A stretch of DNA of 64,000 nucleotides from an uncultured Verrucomicrobiae bacterium (GCA_963812605.1 CAWEWF010000014.1:224001-288000), one strand, 5' to 3'. Positions 1 through 8,602 are shown, counted from the first letter of the stretch. The notes: generated by a model from the letters alone, not told the origin. A program made the numbers and translations.

Positions 1-1
1 T

Positions 2-49
2 GGCTATTCGAACAAGGCATACGAAAAGAAGGTCGAAGAAGGGAAGTAG
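2..49 (+). CDS. 3' end of a gene entering the window (..GYSNKAYEKKVEEGK*)
   Basis: Open frame from 2 to TAG at 47-49, followed by intergenic repeats; too short to identify. Confidence 0.4.
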   Translation, partial: GYSNKAYEKKVEEGK

Positions 50-63
50 CGGGGGGAACGGAT

Positions 64-101
64 TAACGTTGAACGTTCAACGCTGAACTTTCAACTTTCA
101 A
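64..101. repeat. 7-bp period tandem repeat (NAACKYT-like)
   Basis: taacgtt gaacgtt caacgct gaacttt caacttt caa. Confidence 0.8.
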
Positions 102-636
102 GGGGGGAAGCTGGGAAGGCCGGCGCATGACGAAAGTTGACACAGCTCAGTGGCTCTCGTTTGAGAAAAGGAATTTTGCTTGGATTCAAATACCGGCTCT
201 CCGTTTCTTTTCGAATCAGATCGAAATCTTTACGTTCAATCCGGGCAATTGTTGTTCGCGGTTGAATCCCTTTAGGAAGTAATTCTGACATTGGTGGGAC
301 AGTAACTGGATGCCGCGGTTGATATCCGCTGCATTTTCTGCCCCGAATCATATGCGCATGCTTGTAACCGTACGCTTGTCCCTCCTTAAGAGGAATACTG
401 TCATACCAATGCGTTTTTGTGCATTCATAGAATCCTTTGACGAGGCTGCACGGCTTGTAATCAACTTCGTTCTTGATGTAGGCAAATTCGATCCAGCGGT
501 CTCCTTTCCTGACGCCTCGGAAGCCACGTGGAATCTTGCTTTTTGGCATGCCAACACGCCAGATGAAGCCAGGCAGTTTCTCAAACGAATCAAGATCGTG
601 TTTTACGATGAAGTACTGTCGCATGGTGCTCACCAA
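91..636 (-). CDS. Lower-GC hypothetical protein, EVE/PUA-like N-terminal domain, probably C-terminally truncated
   Basis: YFIVK..W..VRKGDRWIEFAY..GFYE..IARIERKDFDLI resembles EVE/PUA domains; last ~17 aa run into intergenic repeat sequence. Confidence 0.5.
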   Translation of the reverse strand: MVSTMRQYFIVKHDLDSFEKLPGFIWRVGMPKSKIPRGFRGVRKGDRWIEFAYIKNEVDYKPCSLVKGFYECTKTHWYDSIPLKEGQAYGYKHAHMIRGRKCSGYQPRHPVTVPPMSELLPKGIQPRTTIARIERKDFDLIRKETESRYLNPSKIPFLKREPLSCVNFRHAPAFPASPLES

Positions 637-736
637 AATCCTTTGCTAAATGAAAAGCTCTAGCCCCGCACTTTTTCATTCCTTTCAGTTGTATGATTTC
701 CACATGCGGATTCAAGACTACTTCGCTTGGATCGGC

Positions 737-820
737 CTGAGCGAAGCGAAGGATCTAGCCGGAATGCCAAGAGTTTCTTCTGAATGTGAGCCAGACTCTT
801 CGCTTCGCTCAGAGTGACAA
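737..820. repeat. REP-like inverted repeat
   Basis: ctgagcgaagcgaaggatct (737-756) ... agactcttcgcttcgctcag (793-812). Confidence 0.8.
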
Positions 821-850
821 CGTAAGAAATTCGTCGACAAACGGAGCAGC

Positions 851-2035
851 CTATTTCTTAAATGTGCGGACGAACTTGCTGATGCCTTCGATGGCTTTTT
901 CTAGGTCGGTCATGGCGCCGCAATAGCTGGCGCGGACGTGGCCTTCGCCGCTGGGGCCGAAGGCGTCGCCGGGGACGACCGCGACGCGTTGCTGTTCGAG
1001 CAACTGCACGGCGAATTCGCGCGAGGTCAGCCCGGTTTCGCGGATGGACGGGAACGAGTAGAAGGCGCCGTTCGGCATGTGGCAGGGCAGGCCGATTTCG
1101 TTGAAGGATTTGACGATGAAATTGCGGCGCAGCCGGTACTGCTCGCGCATGGCGGCGATATCGTCGAGGCCGTTCTCGAGCGCTTCGAGGGCGGCTTCCT
1201 GGCTGAGAATCGGTGCGCAGAGCATGGAGTATTGGTGGACGCGCAACATGGCTTCCGTGAGCGCGACAGGAGCGCAGACGTAGCCGATGCGGAAACCGGT
1301 CATCGCGAACGCCTTCGAGAATCCATGCAGGAAAATCGTGCGTTCTTTCATGCCCGGCAGCGCGGCGACGGTGCTGTGCTTGCCGGAGTAGGTGAGTTCG
1401 CTGTAAATCTCGTCGGTCAACACCAGCAGATCGTTGTCGATGCAGACGCGGGCGATCTTCTCGACTTCTTCGGCGGACAGCGTGGCGCCCGTCGGGTTGG
1501 TCGGGAAATTCAGCATGATCGCTTTGGTGCGCGGCGTGATGGAGGCCGCAACGTCTTCGGCGGTCAGCGAAAATTTATTCTCGGCGCGAGTGCGGATCGC
1601 CTTGCCGACACCATGCGCCAACTGCACGCTCGGGTGATACGAGACGTAGCAGGGTTCGTGATAGAGAATTTCGTCGCCGGGATTGATGATGGCCCGCAGC
1701 GCGATGTCCAGACCTTCGCTCACGCCGACCGTGACGAGGATTTCCGAATTCGGATCGTACTCGAGGTGGAAGGTGTCCTTCAGGTAGGCGCTGATGGCCT
1801 TGCGGAGTTTGATCAGGCCGAAATTGGAAGTGTAACTGGTGCGCCCGCGTTCCAGCGCGAAGATCGCCGCTTCGCGAATATGCCACGGCGTGACGAACCC
1901 CGGCTCGCCAATGCCGAGCGACACGACATTGTCCATCGACTGGACGATGTCGAAGAAATCACGAATCCCCGAGCGCGGAATACTCCGCACATGCTCGGCG
2001 ACAAAATCGCGCTTCGTCTGGCGTTCGAGGGGCAT
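851..2035 (-). CDS. PLP-dependent class I/II aminotransferase (AlaT/YugH-like)
   Basis: SLGIGEPGF, NFPTNPTG, DEIY, GFSKAFAMTGFRIG motifs; start taken at MPLERQ, just downstream of a promoter. Confidence 0.93.
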   Translation of the reverse strand: MPLERQTKRDFVAEHVRSIPRSGIRDFFDIVQSMDNVVSLGIGEPGFVTPWHIREAAIFALERGRTSYTSNFGLIKLRKAISAYLKDTFHLEYDPNSEILVTVGVSEGLDIALRAIINPGDEILYHEPCYVSYHPSVQLAHGVGKAIRTRAENKFSLTAEDVAASITPRTKAIMLNFPTNPTGATLSAEEVEKIARVCIDNDLLVLTDEIYSELTYSGKHSTVAALPGMKERTIFLHGFSKAFAMTGFRIGYVCAPVALTEAMLRVHQYSMLCAPILSQEAALEALENGLDDIAAMREQYRLRRNFIVKSFNEIGLPCHMPNGAFYSFPSIRETGLTSREFAVQLLEQQRVAVVPGDAFGPSGEGHVRASYCGAMTDLEKAIEGISKFVRTFKK

Positions 2036-2043
2036 GGATTTGT

Positions 2044-2072
2044 ATTTTACGCGGGGAGGGACGGAAATGCAA
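2044..2072 (-). promoter_or_regulatory. sigma70 promoter of the aminotransferase
   Basis: TTGCAT-17-TAAAAT, ending 8 nt before ATG. Confidence 0.6.
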
Positions 2073-2105
2073 GCGGGGGGTAGGGTGCTTTCTGTCATCA
2101 GAATC

Positions 2106-2134
2106 TTGTCGAACGGGCTCGATTCGATTATACT
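2106..2134 (+). promoter_or_regulatory. sigma70 promoter of the truncated ATPase
   Basis: TTGTCG-17-TATACT, followed by aagaaagg RBS. Confidence 0.6.
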
Positions 2135-2155
2135 TGCCTCCAAGAAAGGCACATC

Positions 2156-2539
2156 ATGAGTGAAATCGATTTTCTCAGTCCAGGTATTCAGCAAATTCGT
2201 CACAGTATCAGGGACATTGATGACAGCTACAATCACAACTGGGATGTCATTGCTGAGCTATGCCAAAACGCAGTTGATGCGATTCGTATGTCCAGCGTGC
2301 AGCGCGGGGTGATTTCGCTGGAAGTGGATTGCAGCGAGAAGTCCATACGGATTGCAGACAATGGCGTCGGCATTGAACCCAATCTTCTGCCGACTCTCCT
2401 AACCGTGGACAGAATTCAGACATCCCCCTTATCAACTCCGGGAGCTAGCGTACTTCCTCATGCCACGCACACGTTACTTTTGTCAGGTTTTATTCAGCCG
2501 GTTTACGTTATTGATCTTAAGTTGGTGTTGGCTAGCTAG
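2156..2539 (+). pseudogene. Truncated GHKL (HSP90/MORC-like) ATPase
   Basis: VIAELCQNAVDA and IRIADNGVGI motifs; recognisable similarity stops at ~2402, before the remaining G-boxes. Confidence 0.75.
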
Positions 2540-2780
2540 ATTGGACTCAATGCGACAATCGCCACAGAATTGACGTGGGCGTCGGGTTTGAGCCGGCGAT
2601 GAAGGTGAAGTAACGAACCCATTTGTGGAAGTCGGCTAGTGGGAATTCGTTCCATGGCAGCGGCATGACCGCATGATAGCAAAGACGGGGCGTGAGTCGA
2701 ATGTGGGGTTTTGAGCACCGGTAGGGAATTGAGGCAAAGCGCCCACTCCTTCATACCCTCCGTTGAGGGAAGCATGAGAA

Positions 2781-3203
2781 TCAAATCTTGATGACGATCT
2801 GCAGGCCCTTTCGAGTGTTTTCAAGTCGGAAAGATTTCCACTGCTTGATTACATCCATGCCGATCAGTCCGAATTTGCAGGTCAACTTTTCAATGAAGGG
2901 AGTCTTTGGAATAGTTGAGGTCCAAACGACAACGCGGTCTTTTTTCCTGGGGTCAAGCAGGCTGACCTGGACGCTATGCAGATAGGTAACGGAACCGCCA
3001 CCCACGCCATCGCACCAATCCTTCTTCACGCGCCGATCCTGATTGTTGTGGCCGAAGGCTGTGGCCCAGTCGCAAGGGAATGAAGTCTCGTCGCATCCCG
3101 TATCAATCAACATCGGGATCACGAAAATATTACCGGTGAGCAGGCACTCGACACTGGCCATGACCATTGGACGGCGTTCAAGGGCAGGATAAACGAGAGT
3201 CAC
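2781..3203 (-). CDS. Retropepsin-like (clan AA) aspartyl protease
   Basis: LIDTGCDET catalytic motif, GVGG flap, GLIGMDV C-terminal motif. Confidence 0.82.
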   Translation of the reverse strand: MTLVYPALERRPMVMASVECLLTGNIFVIPMLIDTGCDETSFPCDWATAFGHNNQDRRVKKDWCDGVGGGSVTYLHSVQVSLLDPRKKDRVVVWTSTIPKTPFIEKLTCKFGLIGMDVIKQWKSFRLENTRKGLQIVIKI

Positions 3204-3428
3204 GCGTCAGACCGGGCAAGAATCCAGACCGCGCTGGCTTTCGTTCGTTGAAATAAAACAGGAATCCCGGCGACCAAGCTTCGCTTTCTTCATCCTGCGG
3301 GCGAGAGTCTTCTTGTCTTTTCCGGTGGCGACCACCTTGAACGTATCGGAGTCCATCACGATGGTACTGTCTGGGTGCAGACGCATGCACTTTTCCATGT
3401 GATTAATGAGGTTCTGGTAATACGACAT
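3200..3428 (-). CDS. Small DUF5678-like protein upstream of the retropepsin
   Basis: IVMDSDTFKVVATGKD pattern; an alternative frame (IPVLFQR..WIL..*) ends in a GTGA overlap with the protease start, implying one indel. Confidence 0.6.
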
Positions 3429-3494
3429 ATTGCACCAAACCGCCTTGAATCGCGGTCTTACATACCTCCCGCGACTTCCTCAATTTCTGCACAC

Positions 3495-3523
3495 AAGCTA
3501 GGCTTGCCCCATCGGAATGTCAA
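3495..3523 (-). promoter_or_regulatory. sigma70 promoter of the small protein-protease pair
   Basis: TTGACA-17-TAGCTT; ggaggt RBS-like sequence downstream. Confidence 0.65.
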
Positions 3524-3632
3524 GTTTCGAACTCCGGTTCGGAGTTCGTAGCGTTTGCCGTATACGACAACGGCGTCTCGTCCGACTCGGCTCGACAAGC
3601 TCAGAGTGACAACCTACGGAGAGACGACTGCT

Positions 3633-4112
3633 TTACGGACTGATCTTGAGGCGTTCGAATTCTTCGCTGCCTTCCATCATCACCGCTTGCTCTTTGTAGG
3701 TCTTGAGCATGAAGTGGGTGCCGGTGCTGGTGACGCCGGCGAGAGTGGCAAGTTTTTCCGCGACGAACTGGGCGACCTCGCGGAGGTTGCGGCCTTCGAC
3801 GAAAATGAGAAGGTCGTAGCCGCCGGACATGAGGAAGAGGGAAGTGACTTCGTCGAACTTGGCGATGCGGCGGGCGATGCGGTCAAAGCCGCCTTCGCGT
3901 TCGGGCTGGATCTTGACTTCGATGACGGCTTTGACGAGATCGGTGTCGACTTTGTCATCGTTGATGACGGCCTTGTAGCCGAGGATGACCTTGTCGTCCT
4001 CGTACTGCTTGATGCGGCGCTGGACCTCGTCGGCGGGAAGGTTGAGCATCTTGGACAAGTCGGCCGGCGTACGCAACGCGTGTTCTTCGAGGAGTTTTAG
4101 CAGTGGATCCAT
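3633..4112 (-). CDS. Lrp/AsnC family transcriptional regulator (AlaR/YugG-like)
   Basis: N-terminal HTH, GFDRIARRI..EVTSLFLMSGGYDL, THFMLKTYK. Confidence 0.93.
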   Translation of the reverse strand: MDPLLKLLEEHALRTPADLSKMLNLPADEVQRRIKQYEDDKVILGYKAVINDDKVDTDLVKAVIEVKIQPEREGGFDRIARRIAKFDEVTSLFLMSGGYDLLIFVEGRNLREVAQFVAEKLATLAGVTSTGTHFMLKTYKEQAVMMEGSEEFERLKISP

Positions 4113-4137
4113 AATTCGTTATGCGCTCTGAAAAAAA

Positions 4138-4214
4138 TGGTCGGGACGGCGAGATTCGAACTCGCGACCCCTTGCACCCCATGCAAGTGCGCTACCAGGC
4201 TGCGCTACGTCCCG
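4138..4214 (-). tRNA. tRNA-Pro(GGG)
   Basis: CGGGACGTAGCGCAGCCTGGTAGCGCAC..TGGGGT..GTTCGAATC..CCCGACCA cloverleaf with encoded CCA. Confidence 0.97.
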
Positions 4215-4279
4215 ACATGACAACCAACAACGCGGACTCTATCATACGGTCGGTTGGCGGCGCAAGCGTCCGCATCGGG

Positions 4280-4412
4280 GGTGATGTCTTAATTTGCATC
4301 TGCCAACTGTAGCCGAAGCGTAAGCTTCGGGAATCCGCATTGCTACCACCGAAGCTTACGCTTCGGCTACAAAACACGAACGATGAGTGATGCGACTAAT
4401 TAAGACACTACC
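4280..4412. mobile_element. 133-bp MITE-like element with internal REP doublet, copy 1
   Basis: Imperfect terminal IRs ggtgatgtcttaatt / aattaagacactacc; internal tgtagccgaagcgtaagcttcgg..ccgaagcttacgcttcggctaca; near-identical copy at 52581-52713. Confidence 0.85.
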
Positions 4413-4430
4413 CAGCGGGGGACATTCCCG

Positions 4431-5225
4431 TTAGATGAGCAGGTAGGCGGCGAACAATTCACCGAAGAGGACGCTGACTTCCATGACGTACAACATGCCG
4501 GTCGCCGCCTGGTTGGCTTTTTGTTGCGCGCACCGCCACACCATGAAACCCAGGATCAGCGGCAGCGCCAATCCCCACAGCAGGCGCATGACAAAGAAAA
4601 ACAGGTTTCCATGGAGCGCCCAGAGCGACGGAATGAAGGTACTGGCGAACTTTGGATCAACATTACCCAGCGACATGACCGTCACGAAGACGACGGCGAT
4701 GCGCAGTCCAATGGCGCCGAGCACAATTTGCGAGAAGCGGAGCAGATGCTCGAAGCTCAAGCGTCGCATGAGCAGGTACCAATGCCCCAGGATCATCGCG
4801 ACGTTTATGGCTCCCAGCAGTAACGTGCTACTGAGCACTCCGGCCTCGAAAAACTCGGGAGCAATCGTGTCTATCCCCCGCACGTCAAGGGTGTGCTGCG
4901 CCAGGGGCATCAGCCCAAACGCGAGACCGGCCAGGCCCGATATCAGGGATAGCAGTCTCCCCAAATCGGGCCGCTCCAATCGGAAGGCGCCGTAGGCGGC
5001 TGTCGCGCCGATCACCGTCAGGCCAAGAAACCGCATGTCCCACCAGTCCTCCTTCAATAAGGCCCTGGAAAGCACGAGGGCGATGGCGGCGGTGAGGGCG
5101 CACACGAGACTGTTGAAGGTGAAGAAACTGGTGCGAATCTCCCGCGGCGGCAGCAGGCAAATCATCAGCAAGCTGCCGATGCTCAACTCGGTGAGGACCA
5201 TGCATAGAACTTGAATGAGTGTCAT
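4431..5225 (-). CDS. Polytopic membrane protein of unknown function
   Basis: ~8 hydrophobic segments; MILGHWYL and QAATGMLYV motifs; overlaps upstream gene stop. Confidence 0.8.
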   Translation of the reverse strand: MTLIQVLCMVLTELSIGSLLMICLLPPREIRTSFFTFNSLVCALTAAIALVLSRALLKEDWWDMRFLGLTVIGATAAYGAFRLERPDLGRLLSLISGLAGLAFGLMPLAQHTLDVRGIDTIAPEFFEAGVLSSTLLLGAINVAMILGHWYLLMRRLSFEHLLRFSQIVLGAIGLRIAVVFVTVMSLGNVDPKFASTFIPSLWALHGNLFFFVMRLLWGLALPLILGFMVWRCAQQKANQAATGMLYVMEVSVLFGELFAAYLLI

Positions 5226-5569
5226 TTGTCGACCAACTCCAACTGCGGAGGGTTTCCTTCGGCCACGAGATTACGGCCACCCCCCACGTCCTGGAGCCAA
5301 CCCAACACGGTCTCCACGCTGATACGTTCGCATAGCGCGGGATATTTCTGCAGATGCGATGCCGCCCGCAAGGCCAAACGCATAGCCGGATCGGGTTTAC
5401 CCTGCTGCAATTTCAGGAAGACCGCGGCGGTTTGGATCAAGCCTTTGTAGAAGTCGCGGCGCTCGTCGGAGGTCTTCAACCACAACTCTTCCAGGACATC
5501 GTGGGCCTCGTAGTAGGCCTGGCGGTTGAAACATTCAAGGAAGCCGGTCAGGTGCGGATCCGGCGCCAC
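5222..5569 (-). CDS. DUF309 family protein
   Basis: FN..AYYEAHDVLEELW..FYKGLIQ.A motif; GTG start 3 nt after kinase stop. Confidence 0.85.
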   Translation of the reverse strand: MAPDPHLTGFLECFNRQAYYEAHDVLEELWLKTSDERRDFYKGLIQTAAVFLKLQQGKPDPAMRLALRAASHLQKYPALCERISVETVLGWLQDVGGGRNLVAEGNPPQLELVDK

Positions 5570-5571
5570 GG

Positions 5572-6945
5572 CTACTTGCCCACCATGACCACCGAATTTG
5601 TGCCTCCGTAACCGTCGTCTGCCTGCATGGTGTTCTCGGGGTCGGGGATCCACTTGCCGTCGACGATCAACTTGTACAGGTGTCGTCCCGCGGGCAGTTG
5701 CAAGGTAACATCCCAATCGCCGTTGGCCAGCTTGCGCATTGGCGTGGCGGTCGCGGCGTTCCAGTTATTGAAATCGCCTGCGATACGGATGGAATGCGCG
5801 TCCGGGGCGCTGGCTGCGCCGAGCGAGAACTCGACATTGAACGGTCGTGACTTGGGTTTTGGTGGCGGCGGTGTCGGCGCGGGAGCAGGCGTGGGCGACG
5901 GTGTTGACGTTTGCGGTGCCTCCGGTGTTTGGCCGGGCGAGGGAGCCGGAGTTGATGTCGATGGGTTCCGCGGCCAGAAAAAATACGCCACTGCGGCGAC
6001 GATTAACAGCACAACGATAACCGTCGTGATCACCAGCGGAAGTGGAGAGCTTTGCGTCGGTACCCGTGGGGACGGCGGGGGAGGTTGGAATTGAGGATGA
6101 AGATCGACCCCGAGCCGCTTGGCGGTGGCTTCGGTCTTCGCTTCCTTGAGATCCTTCAGCAACGCGTCATAATCACGATAGCGGAGCAGGATGCTCTTAT
6201 TGAGCATCTTATTGACGACTTGTTCGGTTTTGGCCGTGATGTTCGGGTTCAACTCGCGCAAGAGAGGCGGTTTCTCGTTGAGGCGCTTTGCGGCAAGTTC
6301 CTCGGGCGTCTCGGCCTCGAACGGTGGATGCCCGGTGAGCATTTGGAATAACGTGGCGCCCAGGCTATACACGTCGCTGCGGAAATCCTCGGCTTTTTGT
6401 CCGACCCGCTCGGGGGAAATGTAGTAGGGCGAGCCCCAGATGCCCTGGTCCGGTGCGACTTCGACGTTGGCCAGTTTGGAGAGGCCAAAATCCAAAATTT
6501 TTACACCGACATCGTCCGCAATGAAAATGTTGGCCGGCTTGATGTCGCCGTGGATCATCTGGTTCTTGTTGTAGGCCGCGCGCAATCCCTCGATCACGTC
6601 GACGGTCATGTCGATTGCCTCCTCTTCGTTCATCGGCCCGACCTTCTCGATGATCTCGCGGAGGGTGTGGCCTTTGAGCAGCTCCATCACGATGTAATAC
6701 TGGGAAGCCTCCTCGCCGACGAAATAGATCTGGACGATATGGGGATGGCTGATGGCGGCGGCGGAACGGGCTTCCTGGAGGAAATCGTTGAGGAACTTCG
6801 GGTCATGCGCAAGATCCTCGCGCAAGACCTTGATCGCGACCTCACGGTTCAGCGTAGGGTCGAAGGCCCGGAAGACCGTGCCCATGCCGCCATGCGCGAT
6901 CTCCTCGATCAAATTAAAATGGCCCAACTTTGATGAAAGCGCCAT
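5572..6945 (-). CDS. Hanks-type Ser/Thr kinase with TM, Pro/Thr linker and C-terminal CBM48/AMPK-type glycogen-binding domain
   Basis: GGMGTV, VAIK, HGDIKPAN, DFG, SPE motifs; TM VITTVIVVLLIVAAVAYFFW; AGDFNNW..W..L.L..G.H.YKLIVDGKWIPDP. Confidence 0.92.
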   Translation of the reverse strand: MALSSKLGHFNLIEEIAHGGMGTVFRAFDPTLNREVAIKVLREDLAHDPKFLNDFLQEARSAAAISHPHIVQIYFVGEEASQYYIVMELLKGHTLREIIEKVGPMNEEEAIDMTVDVIEGLRAAYNKNQMIHGDIKPANIFIADDVGVKILDFGLSKLANVEVAPDQGIWGSPYYISPERVGQKAEDFRSDVYSLGATLFQMLTGHPPFEAETPEELAAKRLNEKPPLLRELNPNITAKTEQVVNKMLNKSILLRYRDYDALLKDLKEAKTEATAKRLGVDLHPQFQPPPPSPRVPTQSSPLPLVITTVIVVLLIVAAVAYFFWPRNPSTSTPAPSPGQTPEAPQTSTPSPTPAPAPTPPPPKPKSRPFNVEFSLGAASAPDAHSIRIAGDFNNWNAATATPMRKLANGDWDVTLQLPAGRHLYKLIVDGKWIPDPENTMQADDGYGGTNSVVMVGK

Positions 6946-7116
6946 CGGAGTGTGGATTCTAGTCATTCTTGCGCCGGGCGCAAGCTTTGGTTGCTGCTAT
7001 GCAATAATTGGTTCCGGCTACGTAATATATAGAATATGCAGGCAAAAACCCCATGGCGGCTCCGTGTGTGCAGCCGCCACTTGCGATGCACGCCGCTTTC
7101 CGAATACAATCTAGAC

Positions 7117-7800
7117 ATGAGTGAGGTCGCGCACAACATAAATCAGATTCGTGAGCGCGTCCGATCCGCTGCCGAGCGCGCAGGGCGAAGGTTGGAAGAC
7201 GTCACGCTCGTTGCTGTGAGCAAGACGGTCGAGCCGGAACGAGTGGAAGCTGCCCTGGCGGCCGGCCAAGCGCTTTTTGGGGAGAGCAAGGTGCAGGAGG
7301 CGAAGGCGAAAGTCCCCTTGGTCTCGGGCCGGGCCCACTGGCACATGATTGGCCATCTGCAAACGAACAAGGCGCGCGAGGCCGTGGCCTTGTTTGAGGT
7401 CATCCACTCGGTGGATAGCCTGAAATTGGCCGCCGAACTGAGCAAGTGCGCCGAACGAGCGGGTAAAACACAGGCGATTCTGCTCGAAGTAAACGTCTCC
7501 GGCGAGGCCAGTAAATTTGGGTTGAAGCCCGAGGATTTGAAGTTCACCCTCACCGAGGTCAACCAGTTGCCGCGGCTCGAAGTAAAGGGCTTGATGACCA
7601 TCGCACCGTACACGGAAGAAAGTCAGAAGGCGCGACCATACTTCCGCCGGTTGCGGGAGCTTCGCGATGCCCTCGGCTTGCGCGAGCTTTCGATGGGCAT
7701 GACCCACGATTTCGAAGTCGCCATTGAAGAAGGCGCGACGCTGGTGCGTGTTGGCACTGCGATTTTCGGAGAAAGAAAACGACATGAGCCTGAAGAATAA
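7117..7800 (+). CDS. yggS: PLP homeostasis protein
   Basis: [42 protein letters not shown]. Confidence 0.96.
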   Translation: MSEVAHNINQIRERVRSAAERAGRRLEDVTLVAVSKTVEPERVEAALAAGQALFGESKVQEAKAKVPLVSGRAHWHMIGHLQTNKAREAVALFEVIHSVDSLKLAAELSKCAERAGKTQAILLEVNVSGEASKFGLKPEDLKFTLTEVNQLPRLEVKGLMTIAPYTEESQKARPYFRRLRELRDALGLRELSMGMTHDFEVAIEEGATLVRVGTAIFGERKRHEPEE

Positions 7801-8602
7801 GACGATCGTGTTCCTCGGCGCCGGTAATATGGGGGAAGCGCTAATTCAAGGATTGCTGACGGCCAAGAGGGCGGCGCCGTCGCAGATTATCGCCACGGAC
7901 GTGCGCCCCGAGCGACTGGAGAGCCTGGCGAAGACTTTCGGCATTCGCACCATGGACGACAACGTGAAGGCGGTGGCGGATGCCGATATCGTATTGCTGG
8001 CTGTCAAACCGCAACAGATGTCGGCGGTCCTGGCTCCCTTGAAATCAGCGACCTCGGATCGCAGGTTGTTCATCTCGATTGCCGCGGGAGTGACCACGGC
8101 CCGTATCGAAGGCGAATTGGGCGGCAAGGCGCGCGTAGTGCGGGTCATGCCGAACACGCCGGCGCTTGTCGGGGCTGGCGCCGCCGCGCTGGTGAAAGGT
8201 GCATATGCAACCGACGATGACCTGGCGACCGCTGAATCGATTCTGGGAGCGGTGGGTATCACTGTGCGCGTGGCCGAGAGATTAATCGATGCCGTGACGG
8301 CTCTCAGTGGCAGCGGCCCCGCATACGTGTTTTACGTGACCGAGGCGATGATCAAGGCGGGCGTTGGCGCCGGGTTGGACGAAGCCCTGGCGAAAAAGCT
8401 GGCGATCCAGACCGTTTACGGCGCGGCAAAGCTGCTGGCGGAGAGCGGGGAGGAGCCGGAGTCGCTGCGCCGCAAAGTGACATCCCTTGGCGGCACGACC
8501 GAGGCGGCGCTCAAGGTGATGAGCGACCGCAAATTGGCGGAGATTTTCGCCGAGGCGATCCAAGCGGCCGAGCAGCGCTCGCGGGAACTTTCCGGATCCT
8601 GA
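7784..8602 (+). CDS. proC: Pyrroline-5-carboxylate reductase
   Basis: [32 protein letters not shown]; follows yggS. Confidence 0.96.
   Translation: MSLKNKTIVFLGAGNMGEALIQGLLTAKRAAPSQIIATDVRPERLESLAKTFGIRTMDDNVKAVADADIVLLAVKPQQMSAVLAPLKSATSDRRLFISIAAGVTTARIEGELGGKARVVRVMPNTPALVGAGAAALVKGAYATDDDLATAESILGAVGITVRVAERLIDAVTALSGSGPAYVFYVTEAMIKAGVGAGLDEALAKKLAIQTVYGAAKLLAESGEEPESLRRKVTSLGGTTEAALKVMSDRKLAEIFAEAIQAAEQRSRELSGS

Noticed and set aside
144-153. agctcagtgg matching the tRNA D-arm near the EVE-like gene break
   Set aside because: Only 10 bp and inside coding sequence; chance is adequate.
812-822. gagtgacaac here, at ~3604 and gtgacaac at ~8620 as further array boundary motifs
   Set aside because: They are parts of REP-like or other hairpins and lack the cac(g/a)ag prefix and upstream arm similarity.
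938-2083. Long antisense ORFs (also 28268-29494, 43067-44227, 59965-61329, 62187-63611)
   Set aside because: Shadows of well-supported genes on the opposite strand in GC-rich DNA.
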